Shown: piece by piece, positions 13,623 through 26,573 of the stretch
Numbering within the stretch: position 1 is the stretch's first letter
How the letters are laid out: each line of letters starts with the position of its first letter
Assembly (NCBI RefSeq): GCF_006345805.1
Contig: NC_043006.1
Span: 4,836,001-4,900,000, forward strand
Source of the DNA: Octopus sinensis
Lineage: Eukaryota
Reading direction: 5' to 3'
DNA length: 64,000 nucleotides
The notes under the pieces: generated by a model
The model's database searches: none
Told to the model about the DNA's origin: nothing
The model's input: the letters and a program-made list of their open reading frames with translations, nothing else
Position numbers and translations under genes: made by a program

Positions 13623-13710
13623 CTATATGTAGTATTATATAAAAATAAATATATATAATAATATATATATATAATGTAAGTATGTACATATATGTATGTA
13701 TATATGCATA
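13322..13710. repeat. Long interrupted (TA)n tract
   Basis: Direct inspection. Confidence 0.95.
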
Positions 13711-13915
13711 TACTCTTTTACTCTTTTACTTGTTTCAGTCATTTGACTGTGGCCACGCTAGAGCACTGCCTTTAATCGAACAAATCGACCCCAGGACTTA
13801 TTCTTTGTAAGCCTAGTACTTATTCTATCGGGCTCTTTTGCCGAACTGCTAAGTTACGGGGACGTAAACACACTAGCATCGGTTGTCAAGCGATGTTGGG
13901 GGGACAAACACAGAT

Positions 13916-13956
<41 letters not shown>

Positions 13957-14111
13957 CAACGGGCTTCTTTCAGTTTCCGTCCACAAAAATCCACTCACAA
14001 GGCTTTGGTCGGCCCGAGGCTATAGTAGAAGGCACTTGCCCAAGGTGTCACGCAGTGGGACTGAACCCGGAACTATGTGGTCGTAAGCAAGCTACATACC
14101 ACACAGCCACT
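13711..14111 (-). mobile_element. SINE family C with internal microsatellite
   Basis: Head GTGGCTGTGTGGTA.GTAGCTTGCTTA...GGTTCAGTCCC, internal (TA)n(TG)n, (AAAAGAGT)n tail. Confidence 0.85.
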
Positions 14112-14156
14112 CATATAATTTTTATCTATATTTTGTATATATATATATATATATAT

Positions 14157-14207
<51 letters not shown>

Positions 14208-14467
14208 CTTCGTTTAGTTTCCGTCTACCAAATCTTTGGTCTGCCCAAGGCTATAATAGAAGAGAACTGATGATCCAAGTAGTTACCTCTCTTAGTAGCA
14301 TTTAGTTCTCCTGTGCGTTCTGAGTTCAAATTTCACCGAGGCCGACGTAGCCATTGATCCTTTCGGGTTCAATGAGTAGTGCGGTTAATGGAATCGATTT
14401 GTTCCCTCCCCCAAATTGTTGATTTTGCGGCAAAATTTGAAGCCGTTATTGATACCATTATTATTTA

Positions 14468-14652
14468 GGAGACGAGCTGGCAGAAATGTTAGAATAGAGG
14501 GCGAAGTGCTTAACTGTATTTCATTCCTCTTTACGTTCTCAGTCTAAATTCCGCCGAGGTTCAGAAAATCAGTACCAGTTGAACACTGGGGTCGATGCAA
14601 TCGACTTAGCTGCTCCCCCAAATTTCAGACGTTATGCCTATAGTTGAAAGGA
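14468..14652 (+). mobile_element. SINE family A, diverged (further partial copy ~14300-14450)
   Basis: GAGCTGGCAGAAATGTTAG head, AATTCCGCCGAGGT, AGTACCAGTTGAACACTGGGGTCGAT. Confidence 0.65.
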
Positions 14653-14769
14653 TTATTATTGTATTATTATTCTTGTTGTTGTAATCAATGACGTCACCTA
14701 CTTCCGGTCGAATACGTATGCACGCGTGTACACATGTGTGCTTGAGTGTGTATCAGAGAGAATGCGCGC

Positions 14770-14950
14770 TATATGCATATATATATTTATACATACATAC
14801 AAATATATAATATATATATATATATATAATATAATATATATATATATATGCATATTTACATACATTCATACACGCATATAAATATATATATATAATATAT
14901 ATACATACATACATACATACATACATACATACATACATACATACATACAA

Positions 14951-15002
<52 letters not shown>

Positions 15003-15024
15003 ATATATATTATATATATTTATG

Positions 15025-15055
<31 letters not shown>

Positions 15056-15056
15056 T
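14770..15056. repeat. (TA)n/(TACA)n compound microsatellite
   Basis: Direct inspection. Confidence 0.93.
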
Positions 15057-15161
15057 TATTTAATGCTGAAAGCCATAGAAGTTACTTATATTTTATGTGT
15101 TGGAAATCGTTTCAAGATTTAGCTCACTGACAACTTCCCATCAAAGTCTGTTCTTTAACAG

Positions 15162-15277
15162 ACTTTGAAATTGACGTGGCTCCGTACGTCTTCAACGAGT
15201 TTGAAGCCAGTAAACTAAGTGAGGAGTTATTGGCCATCCATACTATTAAAACCACGGTTACCGAGGGTGGCGGAGCA
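15162..15277 (+). CDS. Putative internal coding exon of an unidentified gene: (D)FEIDVAPYVFNEFEASKLSEELLAIHTIKTTVTEGGGA
   Basis: Acceptor TCTGTTCTTTAACAG| and donor |GTGAGC, open frame throughout, locally GC-richer non-repetitive sequence. No homologue recognised. Confidence 0.45.
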
Positions 15278-15642
15278 GTGAGCATAATTGCGGTTATCTC
15301 TTGTAATTACATCCAGTCAGTGTTCGTCTTAGTTCATATCTCTGAAATATAGATGAATCTCTTTACTTTTCCGTTGACCCCCATTATCATAAATATTTTT
15401 TCCTCTATATTCCGTCCTCCCCCCCCCCGCCATCCGCCCTCATAATGTCAATTTTAGAGATAAAACAATAAATAACGACGATGAAGCAACATTGTTTAAT
15501 GCGAAGCAGATTTCCTCGAACTTTTACTGATTGCATTCTACATAATTTCTTAATTATAATTGGTCATTACAAATAAAACAGAACACAAAGAACACACACG
15601 CACACACACACGCACACACACACGCACACACACAGAGATACG

Positions 15643-15682
<40 letters not shown>

Positions 15683-16044
15683 GATACGCTCACACTCACG
15701 TACACACAAATACTCATACACACCAAAACTATTGAAATTTCCTACGTTCTCATGTATAAGCAAACCAGCTCATTATAATTAATAATTATACGATAATGTG
15801 AGGGTATATGTTATTAATTTATCTCAGTTTCTCTAATTTTATTCCTACCAGTTTCTCCAGACTTCTTCATTTGTTAAAGACAAACTTTAATATTATATTT
15901 TAAGAGAGATCAATCAATCCAATACACCTCCATATTGATTGTTGATTTACAATCAATTTTCACAGCTGAAGCTCAGTAGCGTGGAGTATTCAATTTTTTC
16001 GACGTTGTTTTCTGTTCACATACTTCTTCTATACAAAGATATAA

Positions 16045-16205
16045 TAGACGTAGGAGTGGCTGTGTGGTAAGTAGCTTGCTTACCAACCACATCGTTCCGG
16101 GTTCAGACCCACTGCGTGAGACCTTGTGTCTTCTACCAAAGCCTCGGGTTGACCAAAGCCTTGTGAGTGGATTTGGCAGACGAAAACTGAAAGAGGCCCA
16201 TCGTA

Positions 16206-16293
<88 letters not shown>

Positions 16294-16512
16294 TGTGTGT
16301 GTGTGTTTGTATGTCTGTGTTTGTCCCCCTTCCCAACATTGCTTGACAACCGATGCTGGTGCGTTTACATCCTCGTAACTTAGCGGTTCGGCAAAAGAGA
16401 CCGATAGAATAAGTACTAGGCTTGCAAAGAGTAAGTCCTGGGGGTCGATTTGCTCAACTAAAGGCGGTGCTCCAGCATGGCCGCAGTCAAATGACTGAAA
16501 CACGTAAAAGAG
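16045..16512 (+). mobile_element. SINE family C, full length
   Basis: Family C head, internal (TA)n(TG)n, 3' GGCGGTGCTCCAGCATGGCCGCAGTCAAATGACTGAAAC. Confidence 0.88.
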
Positions 16513-17014
16513 AGAGGTGGATGGAATTCAAGAGCGTTTCAAATAGAACCAGTGTCAGAAAATGGTCAGAGGTTTCTTAAATATGCAGGAAAAATATATC
16601 ACTATGACTTTCTAATCAGGAGTCGAAGTCAAATGTTTCAATTGTCCTCAGTCTCAAACACATGCGAAAGGTAACGGTCATCTAAATCATGATCGTTGTT
16701 AGTATAATCAATTCTGCGGTCTGTGGCGCTGTCATAGAATTTTGTATAGGGTATCATAAATATGTTATTGTTGATAAGGGTGTCAATTTATTATATTATG
16801 CGTGGATAGACAATCTGATAAGTTACTGTTAATGAAATCCATCATTCAACCAGAGCAATATTCCAATTGAACTCTTATAAATCATACTGTCCTCTGCGGT
16901 GCTAGTTGAATCCATAGCTGCTTCATGAGCAGATGATCAATGCTACTGATCGGGAAAGGGAGATGAGTGCGTCTTTTCTCCGCTCATGAATAGCAAAGAA
17001 TGTATCTACATTAT

Positions 17015-17440
17015 TTAACCCGTAGTGAGGCACACCGGGTTGATAGAAAGAAGGGCAGAAAGAGATCCTTCAACACACAAAGCAACACTAGGATGGTCTA
17101 TCAGGAAGTTGCATCTATGAAAGAAATGAGAGATGGCAGGATCCCATAAACGAAAAGTTTTGATAGGAGATTCACAGTTCAAAGCTTTGCTGATGTTGAG
17201 AGCAACAACTTTATTGACACAAAATTTGCCGATGGTGGATGACGGAGCGGAGAAGGTCACCAGTGGATCTAGCTTATTGGTGGTCGATAAAGAGGGATAG
17301 AGATTCAAGGTGTTTTTTTTTTTTGTGAGTGTGTCATTGTTGTTAATTGCTGTTACCATTACCTTCGAGATAGTAGAAGTGAGTGAGTGGTAGTGATAGT
17401 TGGCGGGGTCAAAGAAGATACTTTCCTTGAGATGAGCCAA
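17015..17440 (-). mobile_element. Decayed LINE ORF2 reverse-transcriptase fragment (CR1/Jockey-like)
   Basis: DPANYHYHSLTSTISKVM ~ DP.NYRPISLTS..SKVME; VALNISKALN ~ VALDISKAFD; VCVEGSLS..LSINP ~ V.VDG..S....INAGVPQG. Confidence 0.75.
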
Positions 17441-18197
17441 ACTGGAGCGTGTTTCCCAAAATTAGAGTAGATCCCTGTGAAGAGAGAAATAATCTAACTA
17501 TTAGTTCTGTAATCTTGGTAGTAGCTGCTTGTGTTCGTAACAAGCGGTAGATCAAGAAGAGTGTAAATTGTACAAGTTAACCACGTTGATTTTCCAGTCG
17601 ACCTGGTTTAAGTCGTTATTGTTACAATCACTATCACATAGATCTTAAAATACATTTATATCTGAAGCAAATCTCGTTACAAACAGTTCTAGCTTCTAAA
17701 ACGGAAATAAACTTACACCCACGCTCAATACGTCATTATTTTGCATTCATGAATTACTAAAATATTCTCAATTATATGAAGAAGAGCAACGACTGATAAA
17801 TTTCTTAGATTAGAATTTGAAATAAGCTACGAAAAAAAATTTACCAACTTACTTTTTCTGATGTACGGGTTGAAAATTAGCTCCGACAGTTTAGCTTAAA
17901 ACGTTGAGACAGTTTAATAATAAATGACGGTACTAAACATTATGCAGAAATATTTTGTCGGTTTATCTAACTTTTAAACCGGTTATATTTTGTCTTTTTT
18001 TTTTTTGTTAATTGTAAATACGAATTCGTTACACGGGCATCAGACGCAGGAATGAAATACAATAATAATTACTGATTTAAGTACAAGATTAGGAATTTTG
18101 AGGGCGGGGATTTGTCGCTTCCATCAACCTCAAAACTTGACTGGTACTCTATTTCATCGATCTCGAATGGGTGAAAATGTCTATATATAGGGCAAAT

Positions 18198-19113
18198 ATA
18201 TAATGTTGCTGGAAAAGGAGTTTCTGTATTTCTCGAGTGTTCTCTGGTATAGTTTAATCTCGAGATAGCCCATGACCAGCTTCGCAAAAGTCCGTGTTCC
18301 CATTGCTGTCCTAGATTTTTGTCGAAAGTAGTCATTGTTAAATCTTTATATATAAAAGAGAAGTTGTGTGTCTGTCTCCTACGATTTAGATTCCTAACTA
18401 CTCCCACATTTTGCGGTGCAGTTTAACCAAAACCGGGTATCTTATAGTCGTGATTCATATCGAGCCCTTCTGGGTATTAGCGCGCGTCTACGATGAGTAC
18501 GATTTAAAAAAAATTTACCATCATTTTTTTCCATTTTAATGCATTTTTTCGCTATTATATAAGGGAAGTAACTCTAAAAATGTCTACGATGAGTCAACGA
18601 TTTAAAAAAAAAATTACCATCATTTGTTTTCCATTTTTAATGCATTTTTTTGCTATTTTTTGGCTATAACTCTCTAAAAATGCTTATATAGTTATTTCCC
18701 CTACAAACCCGAGCAACGCCGGGCGATACTGCTAGTATAAAATAATTGTTTTCTAGGACAAATCTTAGTCCTTCTATTATGAGTTCTTTTTTAATACGAG
18801 AGGGGAGTTCATAGGTGTAACTGTCTAACCAGAACATGATGGCGTCGATTCCTAAAGTGTGGGGGATGTTTGAATATAGGTTGACCACGTCGAAGGATAT
18901 TAGCAGTGTTTTCTCATTGACCGTTTTTTTTATAAAGCTCTTGATGTGTTTGAGGAAGAGTTTCAGTAGAGTGTCCAGGAAGTTGCTGAGGCGGTGGGTT
19001 TCGCATGCTGGACCTGCTATTATTGGTCTTAGTTTCAGGTCATCAGGTGAGGGGACCTTGATGATTATATCTGTAGCTTCTTTGCATGCCTCACTTATTA
19101 TTCTGCTTTTCAA
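18198..19113 (-). mobile_element. Penelope-like RT fragment, interrupted by a Helitron at 18343-18735
   Basis: LRPIIAGPACETHRLSNFLD, SFDVVNLYSNIP, and, after removing the insert, in-frame LENNYFI|FNNDYFRQKSRTAMGTRTFAKLVMGYLEIKLY: PLE RT motifs. Confidence 0.88.
18343..18735 (+). mobile_element. Non-autonomous Helitron (393 bp)
   Basis: 5' A|TC start (TCTTTATATATAAAAG..GTGTGTCTGTC), subterminal hairpin CCCGAGCAACGCCGGG at 18708-18723, 3' CTAG|T, no TSD; internal ~96-bp tandem duplication. Confidence 0.88.
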
Positions 19114-19156
19114 ATATCTATATCTATCTGTCTATCTGTCTATCTATCTATATATA

Positions 19157-19569
19157 TACTCTTTTACTCCATTACTCCATTTACTCTTTTACTTGTTTCA
19201 GTCATTTGACTGAGGCCATGCTGGAGCACCGCCTTTAGTCGAGCAAATCGACCCCGGAACTTATTCTTTGTAAGCCCAGTACTTATTCTATCGGTCTCTT
19301 TTAACGAACCGCTAAGTGACGGGGACGTAAACACACCAGCATCGGTTGTCAAGCAATGCTAGGGGGACAAACACAGACACACAAACACACACATATACAT
19401 ATATATATATATATATACATATATACGACAGGCTTCTTTCAGTTTCCGTCTACCAAATCCACTCACAAGGCATTGGTCGGCCCGAGGCTATAGTGCCACG
19501 CAGTGGGACTGAATCCGGAACCATGTGGTTAGTTAGCAAGCTACTTACCACACAGCCACTCCTGCGCCT
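19157..19569 (-). mobile_element. SINE family C
   Basis: Reverse-complement match to 16045-16512 with an internal deletion. Confidence 0.88.
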
Positions 19570-20220
19570 ATATATATATATACACATATTCGTTATATGC
19601 ATCAGAAGGTGTGTTAGATTAAAATAGTCATTTATGTATCGTACTTAATGTAAATACATCGCGATAGTTTACTGCGGTATTTATCCGGAGCTAATTTTTT
19701 CTATGGACGGATTGTGTTAAAAAATGCAATATGTATACACCGGAGGAAGACGAATTCGTGCTAGCTTTGGCGAGTGAGAACACTAGATGCATTCTGCTAC
19801 GTCTTTTTTATAGGGAATCTCTGCAATAACTATTGTTTCATGTTGAATGTTGAATGTCTATCAAAAGTTCTATAACGGATGATTAATTCAAAGAAAATAA
19901 CTCGGTCAAAAGTTTATTTTTATTTTGCCATTTGCAAAATATTGTTATTGGTTTTTATGCCTCAAACTTGCTCGTATTCTTAGCAAACCTTTAAAAGTAA
20001 CATATGAAAATTTCAATTTGTAGCTTAGAGAAACCATTTGTCTGTTATGGCATAATCTTTCACCCATCTTACGAGAAGAAATAACAGAGTTTCATCACGT
20101 TCCCTTCAGCCAAAATTTCTGTGCATAGTGATTCTATGACTGTTTCTCTCTTTTGAAAAAATGTCACACAATGTAACGACCAAATAGAATTTTTAGATAA
20201 ACTTTTACATTTTCTAACAG

Positions 20221-20393
20221 TTATATCTATTATGCTGAGAGTTCGAGTGAAGTTAAAAAGCAAATTTCTAACCCAAGGGAATTTTTTTGTTTCAACGAGT
20301 TTCTAAGATTAACAGCAGCCATTGTCAGAAGATTTTACATTCCATCTATTCTACAAACGTCATTAGAGACCTACGAGAACAAGTATTTTAAGT
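20221..20393 (+). CDS. Putative internal coding exon: YIYYAESSSEVKKQISNPREFFCFNEFLRLTAAIVRRFYIPSILQTSLETYENKYF
   Basis: Acceptor CTTTTACATTTTCTAACAG| and donor |GTAAGT; 57 stop-free codons in AT-rich DNA; phase 2 to phase 2. Confidence 0.5.
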
Positions 20394-21235
20394 AAGTATG
20401 CATTTATTTGCTCCTTTTGTATAATGGTGTTTCTGTGAATAAGCTTGTCTGTGTGTATTTACAAGCAACTCCTCGGTTCTGTACAAACTGCTATCGTTTG
20501 AGATATTTTAGTTATTATAATTATAGATATTGTCAATCACTTTTGGCAGACAAACCTTCAAGAAATCGTGTCATTGCCATCCCGGTAATGACTTGCTGAT
20601 GTCTGCCAGCACCACTTCCATCCCCATTAGTGATGACTGCGTTTGCTAGAGTCTGTAAATAATGGAGATGTTGAAAGACAGGTAGAAAGTCATTGTTGCT
20701 CTGGTATGTTTTAACTGGAAATTAATGCAAAACGGAATTCATTAATTCACCGGATATTTTGCCAGCACCTCTTATGCCTGCTTTAAATTTACACAGCTTT
20801 CAACTATGGACCATAGGAGCAGTTAAACGCATGCGCACGCACGCACACACACACACGCGCGCGCGCGCGTACACACATACACATACACACATACACACAC
20901 ACACACGTTGAAATAGATATAAAAATACAATTTCGTTTGGATTTCAATAAATTAAAATTAAAAGTATTTGGTTGGAAAGAAAGTTCTTTCGCATTGAAAG
21001 AAACAAATGCTTCTTTGGTCTTGATTGATATATTTAATCAAGATAATATTTTCCTTCATAATTGCATCTTTTTAGGAAATTGTCGATTCCGGCTCCGTAT
21101 TAACTGTTTTGTTTTGGTTTAGCATTTCACGATAGACGATACTTTTCGTATCCTACCAAACACAGAGTATAACTTTTTTTCGGGTGTAGTCCTTGTTTGG
21201 GGATGGATATTCCTTTTTCAATGGATGCTAACCAT

Positions 21236-21415
21236 AAGGCGGTGAGCTGGCAGAATTGTTAGCACGCCGGACGAAATGCTTAGCGGTATTTCGTCTGTTT
21301 TTACGTTCTGAGTTCAAATTCCACCGAGGTCGACTTTGCCTTTCATCCTTTCAGGGTGGATAAATTAAGTACTAGTTGCGTTCTGGGGTCGATCTTTGTG
21401 CCTAGAGTAGAAAAG
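21236..21415 (+). mobile_element. SINE family A with internal deletion
   Basis: Head and central block intact; diverged 16-bp TSD AATGGAYGCTARCCAT at 21220-21235 and 21416-21431. Confidence 0.85.
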
Positions 21416-21699
21416 AATGGACGCTAGCCATTGTCGCTTGCGTTGGATATGATTATGAAGAATTCACTTTTCATCATTTGTGATGATCTTAGCGAGGAAG
21501 GACAGGTAACCAGTTTACTGTTCAAGAACGGGTGGAGTGCAACCCTTTGTTTAAGCTGAGAAAGAGACAGATGATGAAGGAACATACAAACCAAGTTTAT
21601 TCACTTTTCCTAGTTCATGGAGGCGTTTCATGACTCAAGTGTGACTTGAACTGAATTATTTTGATAATTCTCGTGCAGTTTGCTTTGTATTTCCCTCAG

Positions 21700-21790
21700 A
21701 ACCTTAATATTGACAGGACTTGGTCTTCCTGGTCGAAAGGGAATCGAGGAGAGAAAAATTTCCAGGTCGCAACACCTAAAACAATCTTTG
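21700..21790 (+). CDS. Putative internal coding exon: TLILTGLGLPGRKGIEERKISRSQHLKQSL (a second frame is also open)
   Basis: Strong acceptor TTGCTTTGTATTTCCCTCAG| and donor |GTATGT; phase-compatible with 20221-20393. Confidence 0.45.
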
Positions 21791-22107
21791 GTATGTCCAG
21801 ATATTTAAAGCTTCATTCGCATAGACGAAACTAATATTTTTTGCTGTTTCTACTGCTGATGAGTTTCTTTTGAATTCAAAAGTATGTAGTTTCTGATATG
21901 GGTCTGGTCTGAACACGTTTTAAAAGGGGAAAATCGATACGGTATAATATGGTATAAAATAATCTGCCAAGACGGTAAAGAGGAAGTATTAATGTAAAAG
22001 TTCACGCTTATTTTACCGTAAGCATTGAAAAAAAATATTCTCAAAGTGATCATGTTATGACTTTCTTTCCAACCTAATACCTTGCGCACTGAAATCGTTG
22101 AGAATGA

Positions 22108-22212
22108 ATGCATGCATGCATACATACATACATACATACATACATACATACATACATACATACATACATACATACATACATACATACATACATACATACA
22201 TACATACATACA

Positions 22213-22246
<34 letters not shown>

Positions 22247-22406
22247 CATACATACATACATACATACATACATACGTACATACATACGTACATACATACA
22301 TACATACATAATACATACATACATTCATTCATACATACATACATAATACATACATACATGCATACATACATACATACATGCATACATACATACATGCATA
22401 CATACA

Positions 22407-22497
<91 letters not shown>

Positions 22498-22545
22498 GAT
22501 ACATACATACATACATACATACATACATACATACATGCATATATT
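22108..22545. repeat. (TACA)n/(TA)n array
   Basis: Direct inspection; source of the 254-aa YVCM ORF. Confidence 0.96.
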
Positions 22546-22969
22546 CATCAAATTACCAAGGAAGATGGAACCGTGGATGTGTATTTGTATGCATTTGTGT
22601 ACTTCTTTGAACATGACTTTTTAAAAATTATTATCTTACTGCTTTCTGTCATTGGATTACAGCTACACAGGGTGATGCTTTCAAGGTATTAGTCAATAGA
22701 CTGGTACACATTTTATCACCATTTACAACTTTTGTACGAGTTTCACGTTAACGATCATTCAAACGAACGAAGTGGAGAAACATTGACGCAATATAAAAGC
22801 AAAAATATTTGTAATCGCAAGCAAGTCGACAGCTATTTGCTTGGTTACTGAGTTTTAAATATATTTCACATTCATCTATGCAGTTATTATTCATACATGT
22901 AATACTTTCGTAGTATTTTCGTCTATTCACGCGCAGAAACACGTGATGTTTTCATGTCTCCTGCCTTAT

Positions 22970-23143
22970 ATAGGCGTAGGAGTGGCTATGTGGTAAGTAG
23001 CTTGCTTACCAACCACATGGTTCCGGGTTCAGTCCAACTGCGTGGCACCTTGGGCAAGTTTCTTCTACCACTGCCTCGGACCGACCAAAGCCTTGTGAGT
23101 GGATTTGGTAGACGGAAACTGAAAGAAGCCTGTCGTATATATG

Positions 23144-23178
<35 letters not shown>

Positions 23179-23390
23179 ATATGTTTGTGTGTCTGTGTTT
23201 GTTCCCCCAACATCTCTTGACAACCGATGCTGGTGTGTTTACGTCCCCGTAACTTAGCGGTTCGGCAAAACAGACCGATAGAATAAGTCTTACAAAGAAT
23301 AAGTCCCGGGGTCGATTTCCTCGACTAAAGGCGGTGCTCCAGCATGGCCACAGTCACATGACTGAAACAAGTAAAAGAAAGTAAAGAAAG
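22970..23390 (+). mobile_element. SINE family C, full length
   Basis: TAGGCGTAGGAGTGGCT head, CACCTTGGGCAAG block, internal microsatellite, purine-rich tail. Confidence 0.9.
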
Positions 23391-24456
23391 AAAAGAAAGA
23401 TATGTATAAATCACACGTGAGCAAAGGAGCGGCTAAGGTTAATTAATTGATGAAATTTTTATATGACGTATTTTTGAGGGTGCGGCAGATCCATTGTGTA
23501 GGAAACAAGCTGTTTTAGCCAGTTGCACACTTTAGAAATTCATCAATAATTAGTGACTCAAGTGTCTGCAACAATCCACTAATTCTGATCTTTTATTTGA
23601 GATTGCGAGAAGCTGTAACAGAATGTTATACTCGTCCGAGAGATAGAGATCTCTCCTTCTGGAGCCGTTGATGTTATGTGACGAGTAAACTCAAGGGGTT
23701 GAACACAAAATTATCCGTATGGTTTTGGGGTATACTTGAGATTTGATATTTCTGAACATTCATTTTACAAAAATATTGACCATACTTATTAGTATGTTTT
23801 CGTTGAGCACTCTCCATAATTTAACAACTTGATTAAACTAATATGTGTCTTGTGATGTTGAAGTGTGACTAGTTAACATAGAAATTAGTACTAGTCATTT
23901 TAACTTCTCAAACTTAATATTTTTCCAAGCAGAGCTCTCTGAGGGTATGTTTTATTATCGCGGTAAAAAGGAATATTTTGAATTGTGTGTAAATGTACTC
24001 ACTTTCTTACTCTCTTAAGATTATATTTGTGGAAAGGTTTAACGGGTAACTTCCTCTTTGTACACTCGTTGAAAAAGCGACTAGTTGCCACAAAATCAAG
24101 TCCTCTATAGTTACATTTAAGTAAACAAGCAGTTTATTTTCCTTATATGGGAATATAAGGCATTAATTTACCCTCCCCCCACTTATTTCTTTTAAACAGA
24201 TATTGGTGATAGCCACAATTAACTCCTAAGTACGTGCTGGGTACTCTCGGTAAATAAATGACTCGGTTAGAGAAATAAAGAAGCTCCCTGAGAGATTCGT
24301 ATGTGGTTAGTTACTATTGAAGTTACTCTTATACATTAAAGGTAATACCATTCTTTTTAAAGCAACCATGGTGTATTTTCAGCAATTCTGTGTCCGTTCC
24401 GATCCCTTTTAGATTCAACCTGTTTTTTTTTTTCTTGATTGCAATTAATACAAGAG

Positions 24457-24603
24457 CTTCGTGGATCCTGTCACATTCTACACAGGTTGAAGAAGCGAGT
24501 GGTCACAGAAACATTTCATCATACGCACTTTCATCAAACGGATACATTCAAGATTTTTGCATTCCACTTGTTTATTTCATATAACCATTCGCTATGGCCA
24601 CAA
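24457..24603 (+). CDS. Putative internal coding exon: LRGSCHILHRLKKRVVTETFHHTHFHQTDTFKIFAFHLFISYNHSLWPQ
   Basis: Long T tract then AAG/GAG acceptor (start 24455 or 24457), 49 open codons, donor |GTAATT. Confidence 0.35.
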
Positions 24604-24948
24604 GTAATTTCTAAATAATTGATGAACTTTCTCAAGGAATAACTGTTTTGATTAAACGAATCAAGAGATGCCATGTTTTGTTGATCTGTGTCTTAATTCT
24701 AGATAATTTAAGTTCTCTATTTTGGTAGATTTCCCAGTAGAAAGCTCTGAATGCTTTTCACTCACTTCGTCCTTCTTGTACGCTCCGATTACCTTATATT
24801 TACCCCTTGCAGTTTATTACTATTTAGAAAAAGTCATTAGAGATCTTTCTATTTATAGAAAGTTTTCACCCGCTCGATTCGGTCCGCTTTCTGTTCCAGT
24901 CACTTAATAAATCTCACGGGAGATTAATACTTTTATTTATTTTATATT

Positions 24949-24979
<31 letters not shown>

Positions 24980-25326
24980 TGCAAAACTAAGCGATATACA
25001 AAAGCTTATCGGGAATCCAATTCTTTCTGCATCTGTTGAAAAGCGAGAAGTCACAGTAATATGTAGAAGTCCTGGAAGAATATCACAGATTTTCTTTAAA
25101 TGAGAACATATGCGATTTATTATCTCAATTGATTCAATTCTCATAGACGCTGGCCATAGCCACCGCAAATGATTTATAATTACTTGTAAAACACTTTCAC
25201 TGAATGTCTTTTTATACCTTTTGCTGTGTGTATAGTATTTCAAGTTTTTAAACATAATATCGTTTCGTGTCGGGCATTCTGAAGTTATTTTGTCCCCTCA
25301 AGAAGACGGAATTTTCCCCAGATATA

Positions 25327-26573
25327 CAGGGGTTGGACAAAATAATGAAAACAACTTAAAATTTCAAACAAATTAATTTTAATATGGGGTAGGACCGCCC
25401 TTGGCAGTAATTACAGCTTGAATTCTACGAGGTATGGACTCGTGCAAAGTTTGAATTGTTTCCAAAGGAATTTTTGACCGTTCTTCAGCTAAAACAGTCT
25501 CCAGTTCTTGTAGTGATGATGATGGAGGATATAGACTCCTTACTTGTTTTTCTAAAATGCACCATAAATGTTCAATAATATTGAAATCTGGGGACTATGG
25601 TGGTCAGATAAGATGTTCAACTTCACTAGAATGTCCCGCGTGCCATTCAGTAACAAATTTAGCTGATTGACTTGGTGCATTATCATCCTGAAAGATTGCG
25701 TTTCCCTCCGGAAACAGTTCCGCAACCATAGGATGAATTTGATCAGATAAAATTCTTAAATAATCTTGACTATTAATTCTGCCATGAAGGGAAATTATTA
25801 GACCGGTGGATTTCCAAGATATAGCCTCACCCCAACCATCACAGATCCTTCTCCATGTTTAACAGTTGGAAGAAGGCAGTCTGGGTCAAATGCGTTTTTG
25901 GCTGTCTCCACTCGTATACTCGGCCGGTGGGAAATAAGGTACTGGATGACTCGTCCGAGAAAATAACATTCTTCCACTGCTCTAAAGGCCAATTCTGCAG
26001 GTTTTTACTCCACTCTAAACGCTTTGCAACGTTTGTTTTTGAAAGTAGTGATTTTCTGATTGCAACCCTCCCATAAAATCCGACTTTGTGCAGCTCCCGG
26101 TGAACAGTTTTTGTGGAAACTTGGTTCTCGAGGTGGTCATTAAGCTCTGCAGTAAGTTTGGGAGCTGTACTTTTGTGATCCTTTCTAACAATTCGCGTAA
26201 GAGTCCGACGCTCCATATTTGAAAGTTTTGGTTTTCTTCCGGAGTTTTGTTACGACGAGGAGGTTTTTCCCTCTTTCTCAAAGGCTGTCATTACTTTCGA
26301 GACAGTAGTTCTTGATACACCAAACATTTCGGCTGTTTTCGTTACGCTAGCGCCTGTCATACAATCCGAAAGATCTGTCATTTTAATGAATTTTAATTAA
26401 CTTTTTCTGATGATATCTGAAAAGAAACAGGAATTTTAGCAAAACATATTAAGCAACACTAATAATAAATTAAAAAAAAACATAAAAATATACAAGCCAT
26501 CGACAGTTTTATAGATATTTCAAAATTTTGATATTATGATGCTAGGTGTTTGTATTTTTTTGTCCAAACCCTA
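25327..26573 (-). mobile_element. Tc1-like (DD34E) DNA transposon, full length, frameshifted
   Basis: TA-flanked imperfect TIRs CAGGGGTTGGACAAAATA / TTTTGTCCAAACCCTA. Minus-strand remnants: HTH ASVTKTAEMFGVSRTTVSKV, GRVAIRKSLLS, WKNVIFSDES, QDDNAP, SPDFNIIEHLW. Confidence 0.93.

Noticed and set aside
24977-25255. 92-aa minus-strand ORF with CDILPGLLHIT resembling an LP.LH.LTGCD motif of transposon-associated proteins
   Set aside because: The key GCD residues are absent in frame, and the surrounding open frames on both strands are ambiguous.
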